Below, in pieces: positions 57,687-64,000 of a stretch of 64,000 nucleotides of DNA. Where the stretch lies: NCBI GenBank assembly GCA_963838925.1, contig CAWISW010000001.1:128001-192000 (forward strand), written 5' to 3'. Every line of letters begins with the position of its first letter. Position 1 is the stretch's first letter. Made by a program: the position numbers and the translations under genes. Source of the stretch: an uncultured Nitrososphaerota archaeon (GTDB taxonomy: Archaea > Thermoproteota > Nitrososphaeria > Nitrososphaerales > Gagatemarchaeaceae). The notes beneath the pieces were generated by a model. That model had not been told where the DNA came from. It searched no databases and saw nothing but the letters and a program-made list of their open reading frames with translations.

Positions 57687-59216
57687 ATGGCGGGCGGGAG
57701 TGCGAGCAAGCCCCGTCTCGCCACCCCCGGCCTCCAGGCGATTCCCTTCGAGCCTCCGCACGGGGGCAGGCTCGTCGAGAACTACGTAGTGGAGTACGAG
57801 CTCCGCTCCTCCGGAGGGGCGCCCTACAGGTCGAGCTTCGCCGTCTACGTCTACGACGACCGCGGGAAAGGGCTCTATCTCGTCAAGGAACCGTACCTGA
57901 GGCCTGAGGTCGCCGGGACTGTGGCGGAGGCGATTTCCTCGCTCTCGACGTGGCTCGCGCCGTCGCCCGTCATCTCCGTCGACCCGCTCGGCTACCTCTT
58001 CGCCGAGCTGCGGAGGGCGGGATACATGGAGGGGCGCTCACCCGAGCAGCAGGAGGAGGCGAAGGCAGTGACCCACTACCTCATGCGCGAGATCCTGGGC
58101 TACTCGCTCGTCGACCCACTGCTGAGGGACCCGGAGCTCGAGGACGTCTCTTGCGAGGGGTCCGGCCGGCCGGTGAAGGTCTGGCACAAGCGCTACAACT
58201 CAAACGGGTGGCTGGAGAGCAACGTCGCCTTCCGCGAGCAGGACGAGCTCGACAGCGTGGTAGCCCGGCTCGTCCAGCGCTCCAACCGCTCCCTCTCAGT
58301 CTCCACACCGGTGGTCGACTGCGTCCTCCCCGAGGGGTACAGGCTCGCCGCGACGTGGGGGAAGGAGGTGACGTCGCTGGGGAGCTCCTTCAGCATCAGG
58401 AAGCTCCGCGCCACACCCTACACGGTCTCAGAGCTGATCCGGGCGGGGACCCTCGACTCGGGCCTCGCGGCCTACCTCTGGCTCCTCCTCGAGATGAAGG
58501 GGTTCGTGATCATCGCGGGCGTCACGGCCTCCGGAAAGACCACCCTGCTCAACGCGGTCGCGACCGTGTTGAACCCGAATTGGAAGGTGCTGTCGATCGA
58601 GGACACCCGCGAGATCACCCTCCCCCAGGGCGGGTGGAAGCCGCTTCACACGCGGTACGCCCACGGCAGCGTGGGCGGCGACGTCACCCTCTTCGACCTC
58701 GTGAAGCTCAGCCTTAGGGAGAGGCCTGACTTCGTGGTGCTTGGCGAGTCGAGGGGGGAGGAGGTGCAGGCGCTCTTCCAGACCGCGGCGACCGGGACGG
58801 GATGCCTCACAACGTTCCACGCCTCCAACCCGGAGGGCCTCACCACCAGGCTCACGCAGCCCCCGCTCTCAGTGGCGCAGAGCTCGCTTGGCCTGATTGA
58901 CGCGGTGGTGTTCATGGTGAGGGGGCAGGGAGGGCACAGGTTCGTCCAGAGCGTGGTCGAGCCCACGGGCGATGGTCCGAGCCGCACGTGGAACGCCGTC
59001 TTCACCCGAGAGGGAAGCGAGGGCGTGGAGCGCGAGGGCTCCTCGAGCCTGGGCAAGAGGGGGCAGGGCTTCGGGCACTCCGCGAAGAGAATCTCAGCGG
59101 AGCTGGACAGAAGGACTGCCTTCCTCGACGCCCTGGTTGGGAGGGGCGTGTCAGACTACGAGACTTTGGCCAAGGAGCTCAGGTCTTTCTATGCGAACTC
59201 GGCGTTGACCTTCTGA
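57687..59216 (+). CDS. Type II/IV secretion ATPase (VirB11/ArlI/TadA family)
   Basis: DPELEDVSC, FSIRK, GVTASGKTT, SIEDTRE, SLRERPD..GESRG, TTFHA. Confidence 0.92.
   Translation: MAGGSASKPRLATPGLQAIPFEPPHGGRLVENYVVEYELRSSGGAPYRSSFAVYVYDDRGKGLYLVKEPYLRPEVAGTVAEAISSLSTWLAPSPVISVDPLGYLFAELRRAGYMEGRSPEQQEEAKAVTHYLMREILGYSLVDPLLRDPELEDVSCEGSGRPVKVWHKRYNSNGWLESNVAFREQDELDSVVARLVQRSNRSLSVSTPVVDCVLPEGYRLAATWGKEVTSLGSSFSIRKLRATPYTVSELIRAGTLDSGLAAYLWLLLEMKGFVIIAGVTASGKTTLLNAVATVLNPNWKVLSIEDTREITLPQGGWKPLHTRYAHGSVGGDVTLFDLVKLSLRERPDFVVLGESRGEEVQALFQTAATGTGCLTTFHASNPEGLTTRLTQPPLSVAQSSLGLIDAVVFMVRGQGGHRFVQSVVEPTGDGPSRTWNAVFTREGSEGVEREGSSSLGKRGQGFGHSAKRISAELDRRTAFLDALVGRGVSDYETLAKELRSFYANSALTF
59189..59215 (-). 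repeat. Diverged duplicate of the DNA ligase 3' end (cf. 59697-59723)
   Basis: 19/27 identities including a 10-bp identical block TGACCTTCTG; QKVNAEFA* vs QKVRADPA*. Confidence 0.7.
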
Positions 59217-59247
59217 AAGTCTTGACCTAACACGCGATTCTGTAGAG

Positions 59248-59619
59248 CTAGGCCTTGGCGCTCAGTTCCTTGAGCTGCGTCTCTACCACAGCGAGTCGCT
59301 GAGTCATGTCAAGACGCTTGTCGAGGTCGTCAATCTTCGACCCTAACCGCTTGTCGACTTCGTCGATCTTGGACTCGAGCCGCCTCTCGACTCCGTCGAT
59401 TTTCTCCCCAAGCGCTTCTATCCTCCCGGAAAGCTTCTCATCAAGACCAACAGTTTTCGCGCCAAGCCCATCCATCCGGGTCGAGAGTTTGTCGTCGAGC
59501 CCGCCTATCTTTGCGTCGAGTCCGTCGATTCTGGCGTGCACCACTTTGATCTCCCGCTTTAGCTCGCTTATCTGAGGCAAGAGCACCCTCCCCAACCAAC
59601 CAGGGACCTTCTCGGCCAT
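59248..59619 (-). CDS. Small repetitive coiled-coil protein
   Basis: Repeated (I/M)DGLxxK and KIDxxDKRL units; own TTAAATA TATA-like box. Confidence 0.8.
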   Translation of the reverse strand: MAEKVPGWLGRVLLPQISELKREIKVVHARIDGLDAKIGGLDDKLSTRMDGLGAKTVGLDEKLSGRIEALGEKIDGVERRLESKIDEVDKRLGSKIDDLDKRLDMTQRLAVVETQLKELSAKA

Positions 59620-59696
59620 CTCGGGTCGGTGGATTTTCGACCAGGTGATATTTAACCACCAACGAGAACCAATGCTCCGACCCTAAAACGAGTCGT

Positions 59697-61385
59697 CTAC
59701 GCCGGGTCTGCCCTGACCTTCTGGCTCTCGTAGATCTCCTTCACCCTTTCGAGGTTGTCGATGTCGGACGCCTGCTTGTCGTCCCGTATCCGCTTGATGC
59801 GCGGGAACCTCAGGGCGTAGCCGCTGTCGTGCCTCTCGCTCTTCTGGATGCTGTCGAAGGCGACCTCCAGAACTATCTCGGGCCTCACCGCCATCCTGTA
59901 CCCCACCTCGCCCACCGCGAGCCTCTTGATGCGGACCATCATCTCGTCGATCTCCTTGTCCGTGAGCCCCGAGTAGGCCTTGCCGATCACCTTCAGCTTA
60001 TCGCCGTCCCTGACCGCGAAGGTGTAGTCGCTGATCTTCCCAGCCCTCTTACCGTGCCCGAACTCTGCGGCGACCATCACCAGGTCGAGGGTGTCGAGCT
60101 CCTCCTTGAGCTTGGCCCAGTACCTCCCCCGCCTCCCAGGCGTGTAAGGGCTCTCCGGGTCCTTCAGGACGAGCCCCTCGTAGCCGAGCGACCTGCTCTC
60201 CCTAAAGAACGCCCCTATCTCCGACGCCGTCCTCACCGTCTTGGAGTCAGCCCTTCTGATCTCGGTCCCCTCGAGCAGCCCCCACAGGATGGCGCGCCTC
60301 GCGCGGAATGCCTCCCTGTGGACCGGGCTCCCGTCGAGGTAGAGTATGTCGAAGCAGAAGTAGCGTATAGGCGCGATCCTCTTCGACTCCTCGACGTCGG
60401 CCCGCCTGAGCCTCCGCTGGATGAGCTGGAAGGAGAGCGGGCCCTCGCCCTCCCTGAACGCGACTATCTCCCCGTCTAGGACGACGTCGTGCGGGATCTT
60501 CTCCGCGGCCGCCACGACCTCGGGGAAGCTCGCGGTCATCTCCTCCAGCCTGCGGGAGAATATCTTGACCTGCCCGCCGAGCTTGTGCACCTGCGCGCGG
60601 ACGCCGTCGTACTTGTACTCCGCGAAGAGCTCCCTGCCCTCGAAGTAGTCCGAGATCTCTTCGGCCGAGGACATCGGCTCGGCGAGCATAAAGTTAGTGG
60701 GGCGCATCGGCTCGATCCTCACCTCAGCCAGCCTGCCGCCCTTGGCCTCGCGGGCCAGGAGCCCGACGTCCCCCAGCATGAGGTAGGCCTCCTTGACCCT
60801 CTCCCTCCCGATGTCCTTCCCGAAGGCCTCCGCAACGGCCTCTTCGACGAGGCCCTCGACGAGCCCTATCCTCATCTCCTTGCTCAGGATCTTGACGATG
60901 TACTTCGCCTCCAGCTCGCTCTCGCCCCTGTGAAGGAGGGACTTCACGAGCTCCTTCTTGAGCCCGGCCGACCCCTTGCCCTGGGCTTCCGTGATCTTCT
61001 CGAAGATCGAGGCGACGTCGAGGATGGCGAGCGCGTCCTCCGCCCCTTCGAAGAGCGTCGCCTCCCTCCTCCGGCCGATGAACTCCGCGACCGACTCGCT
61101 GAGGTCGCCGTGCTTTAGGTAGCTCTTGCTCAGCTCCTCCTGTGTCACGCCGGTGAGGTCGCGAAGCACCCCGATCAGCGCGGAGTACCCCACCTGCGTC
61201 TCGTCGACGCTCCCCTTTCGCGTCGACCTACCAACGGCGAAGCGCGCCGCGTACTCCACCTCGTCCTCCCCCTTCAAGCGCCCGAGCAACCCCGCCAGGA
61301 TGGCGACCTTCTCGTTCTTGCCCTTGGCGAGCCGCACCTTCTCCAGCGTCTTCGCGAGCTCGCGGAACGGGGTGCCCAAATTCAA
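59697..61385 (-). CDS. lig: ATP-dependent DNA ligase
   Basis: EYKYDG, LDGE, FDIL, EGLVLK, WAKLK, LRFPR. Confidence 0.96.
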   Translation of the reverse strand: MNLGTPFRELAKTLEKVRLAKGKNEKVAILAGLLGRLKGEDEVEYAARFAVGRSTRKGSVDETQVGYSALIGVLRDLTGVTQEELSKSYLKHGDLSESVAEFIGRRREATLFEGAEDALAILDVASIFEKITEAQGKGSAGLKKELVKSLLHRGESELEAKYIVKILSKEMRIGLVEGLVEEAVAEAFGKDIGRERVKEAYLMLGDVGLLAREAKGGRLAEVRIEPMRPTNFMLAEPMSSAEEISDYFEGRELFAEYKYDGVRAQVHKLGGQVKIFSRRLEEMTASFPEVVAAAEKIPHDVVLDGEIVAFREGEGPLSFQLIQRRLRRADVEESKRIAPIRYFCFDILYLDGSPVHREAFRARRAILWGLLEGTEIRRADSKTVRTASEIGAFFRESRSLGYEGLVLKDPESPYTPGRRGRYWAKLKEELDTLDLVMVAAEFGHGKRAGKISDYTFAVRDGDKLKVIGKAYSGLTDKEIDEMMVRIKRLAVGEVGYRMAVRPEIVLEVAFDSIQKSERHDSGYALRFPRIKRIRDDKQASDIDNLERVKEIYESQKVRADPA

Positions 61386-61442
61386 AGGTCGCGAAGACCC
61401 GGAACATATGGGCGCTTATATGGAAATGCTAATTCTAGCCCT

Positions 61443-62690
61443 GTGACCCGGGTCCTAAAAGGAATCAAACAGGCATTCCGACCCACCGTTCAAACTCTCC
61501 GGCTCATGGAGGACTTTCGGCAGATGGTCAATGACTGCATACGAATCGGGTTAGAATTTGAAAGAACATCAGCGGACCATCAGACTCCCTCGATGAAAAA
61601 ACTCTCGTCTCTTTCGTACAGGCAAATTCGGAGCCGGTATGGCGGATACTCCAGTTACGCCTCATGCGCCTCCTCAATGGCAGCCGGAATCCTGGCCTCT
61701 CGAAAGAAGTCAATCAGGAGAGGATTCCCAACCTCAAGTCCCTATGTCAAGAGGCCTCTGCTCGTTTCGTGTTTCGGCTTCAAGGTGGAGGGTCAAGCTC
61801 TCACCTTTCATATTGGTTCCGACAAATTTGAATCGATACCTTTGAACCCGTATACGATTTCAGCGGTATCCGACCCATCAATAAAGATCCGTTCCTTCAC
61901 CTTGACACTCGAGTCTCTTTGCCTTACGATTGCCAAGGAGAGCAGCGAAGTCCCCCCCGTAGATTTCACCGATTTCGTCGGAATCGATCGAAACCTTCGC
62001 AACGTGACGGTCGGGAATCATAGGAGGGCGATTCGATACGAGATGGGAACTGTCGTCGAGATCATGGAAAACACACGAGCGATAATTCGCTCCTTCAGAC
62101 GAAACGATGCGAGGATAGGACGACAAATTCGCTCCAAGTTCGGCAGGCGGAGGACCAACCGGGTGAAGCAGTTCTTGCACCTCATCTCAAGAAGGATTGT
62201 CGAATCAGCCAGCGCGCGAAGAGAGGCGATCGTCTTCGAGGATTTGAGAGGAATCAGAGGACTCTACTCGAAGAGGAACCCTCGAGGGAGACGATACAGG
62301 GCCGAAATGAATTCGTGGCCCTACGGCGAACTGAAGAGGCAGATAGAGTACAAGGCTGCGTGGGCGGGTATTCCGACCTTTACTCTTTCGAGAATGGAGA
62401 CGAGAGGCACGACAGTGGATTGTCCGCGATGCGGGGAGAGACTCCAAGCGGCAAGACGCGGTGATTGCAATCACTATCGGCAGTTGTGGTGTCGTGTCTG
62501 TGGGCGGTGGAGAGACCGTGATCTGGTTGCGGTCATGAATATCTCCCAGAGGGGGCGGTTGAGGTTCGACCGCTCAAAGGAGCAAGGCGAGGCAAGTGAA
62601 GCAATGAAGCGGAATGCGGAACTCGAAGGAGAGCCGCTAATCCTCCGAGTCGATGCCTCGAAACTGCGTCTCCCCCGGGAGACTATGTAG
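61443..62690 (+). mobile_element. tnpB: TnpB RNA-guided nuclease (IS200/IS605 family, IS1341-like, no tnpA)
   Basis: RuvC motifs VGIDRN, VFEDL, DRD.VAVMNI plus CPRC/CRVC zinc finger; lower GC than its neighbours. Confidence 0.9.
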
Positions 62691-63189
62691 AACCGAGCTG
62701 CTGCGCCATGAGGTAGGCCGACTCCCCGTCCTTGTAGTATCCCTGCATCGTGCCGGTGACCTGGAAGTTGAGCTTCCTGTAGAGCTTCACGGCGTCGTCG
62801 TTGGTGACCCTCACCTCCAGGAAGACCTCCTTGCACCCTCCTTTCCTCATCTCGTCCATCGCCCGCTGGATGAGGGTGGTGCCCACGCCCTTCCCCCTGT
62901 GAGCCTCCATGGTGGCTATGGAGATTATGTGCCCCTTCCTCGCGAGCCCGAACCGCTTCATCACCGAGAGGCCGTACTCTATCCTGCACATGATGTAGCT
63001 CACGACCTCGCCCCCTAGCTCGGCGACGATGAACGTGTTCGGGAACTCGTTGAGAATCTCGTAGTAGAAGTAGTCCGAGTAGTGCTCCGGGAGGGTCGCC
63101 CCGTTGACGCTGATGACGCTCGGCACGTCCGACGCCTCGGCGTATCGAATGGTATAGTCCCCCGACCTGCCGAGGATAGACTTCTGCAT
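62683..63189 (-). CDS. Archaeal N-terminal acetyltransferase (Ard1/RimI-like)
   Basis: LPEHY, YIMCRIE, GHIISIA, HRGKGVG, LEVRVTN, YYKDGESAY. Confidence 0.9.
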   Translation of the reverse strand: MQKSILGRSGDYTIRYAEASDVPSVISVNGATLPEHYSDYFYYEILNEFPNTFIVAELGGEVVSYIMCRIEYGLSVMKRFGLARKGHIISIATMEAHRGKGVGTTLIQRAMDEMRKGGCKEVFLEVRVTNDDAVKLYRKLNFQVTGTMQGYYKDGESAYLMAQQLGST

Positions 63190-63288
63190 CCGCGTCTTCG
63201 AGCGGGGTCGGCCCGCTAAATAAACGTGGCCGATTTGCCGTTCACTAACGTTTAATGCCGTTGGTTTCCCGAGACTTCTGGAGCACCA

Positions 63289-64000
63289 TTGTCGGCGATC
63301 AACACCGATGTCGACTCCGCGGTGAGGTCGCTCTTCTCGGTGAAAGACTACTTCGTGGCCGAGGAGGGGGCCGCGGAGTACAAGGTGGTCTTCGACCAGG
63401 CGTCGGGCGCGAACTTCCTGAAGCTCCTCGAGACGCTGAAGAAGCCCGACTACTCGGCGCAGCTCTACGGCGACGCGGAGAACGCCACATTGGTGGTCAC
63501 CAAGAACCCCCCGCCTCCGCCCCCGGTGCTCAAGCTCAGGCTCAGCGCGCCGGCCTTTCTCTTCCTCCTGACGATTCTCTCCGTCCTGGTCACGGCCTAC
63601 GTCGTCGCTGTCATCTTCCCGAAGGTCGCGCCCGGGGGGTCCTCCGTCGAGATGGGCGTCGGCTTCGTGGGGGCGCTCGTGGCGGTCTTCGGCGTCCGCT
63701 ATGCCGCACAGAGATACGCGGCGAGGCGAGGGAGCTTCACCTTCCTCTCCTACTACCTGCCGAACATCCCGATCTTCATCGCCCTCCCGACCATGTACTT
63801 CCTTCCCACCTTCGGGTCGGTCAGCTTTCCGGGGACCCCTCCCGCTAACAGGAACAAGCTCTTCGACTTTTACCTCATCGGCGCGCTGGCCATGGTCGTT
63901 GTCGCGCTCGCCGTCTCCTTCCTTGGCGCCGGCACTTCGGTCATCCTGACGCAGGCCCAGTACGCCTCGATCTCCGCTGGCAACCAGACCGCCACGATAC
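63289..64000 (+). CDS. Site-2 protease (M50)-like membrane protein lacking HExxH (runs off the window)
   Basis: Frame read by hand: LFLLTILS..FGVRYAAQRYAARRG..YYLP..PTFG..PANRNKLFD..G.LA; not in the ORF track. Confidence 0.7.
   Translation, partial: MSAINTDVDSAVRSLFSVKDYFVAEEGAAEYKVVFDQASGANFLKLLETLKKPDYSAQLYGDAENATLVVTKNPPPPPPVLKLRLSAPAFLFLLTILSVLVTAYVVAVIFPKVAPGGSSVEMGVGFVGALVAVFGVRYAAQRYAARRGSFTFLSYYLPNIPIFIALPTMYFLPTFGSVSFPGTPPANRNKLFDFYLIGALAMVVVALAVSFLGAGTSVILTQAQYASISAGNQTATI

Noticed and set aside
54495-59216. Archaellum operon
   Set aside because: No ArlH, ArlF/G or archaellin-like sequences; the pilins are Aap/Ups-like in architecture
32223-61118. Many long antisense or alternate-frame ORFs (e.g. 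32223..33062, 34872..36242, 47803..48717, 50705..51754, 52949..53914, 63255..63848)
   Set aside because: Arg/Pro/Gly-rich shadows of well-supported genes in high-GC DNA
61443-62690. Cas12f CRISPR effector
   Set aside because: No adjacent array or cas genes; treated as TnpB
1-64000. CRISPR array, tRNA or rRNA genes
   Set aside because: No regularly spaced 25-40 bp repeats or recognisable structural RNA seen by eye; the repeats at 72-132 are too short for CRISPR

Overview
Archaeal chromosomal window. A Nitrososphaerota/TACK-type host is inferred from TATA-like boxes about 25-30 bp before often TTG/GTG starts, an ATP-dependent DNA ligase, class III signal-peptide pilins, a V4R protein and an Ard1-like acetyltransferase. 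Layout: 0-3.7 kb is the edge of a probable integrated element (short repeats, HTH/wHTH and coiled-coil genes). 4.8-31 kb is a large surface-glycan locus with UDP-sugar dehydrogenase and epimerases, many GT2/GT4 enzymes, a GT-C-like membrane protein, a frameshifted flippase, AsnB, a PseB/C/H-like trio, and a ColD/GFS-like/Gmm/TPP E1 alpha-beta set. 31.5-36 kb is a PAPS-synthesis module (sat, cysC) with an AlkP-superfamily enzyme, an RHH regulator and TauE. 36.7-41.8 kb is a MacB/LolE-type ABC transporter with a large secreted S-layer-like protein. 42.5-52.9 kb holds more GTs, a second flippase and an operon of membrane-anchored TMK-like kinase, deacetylase, ATP-grasp and HAD. 53-59 kb is a type IV pilus locus, followed by DNA ligase, a solitary TnpB, an N-acetyltransferase and an S2P/M50 homolog lacking HExxH. 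Intact, orphan and decayed toxin-antitoxin cassettes sit at many gene junctions. Two small inserted cassettes are flanked by a diverged duplicate of the 3' end of the upstream host gene. No rRNA, tRNA or CRISPR array was seen. All calls come from motif recognition by eye; no searches were run.
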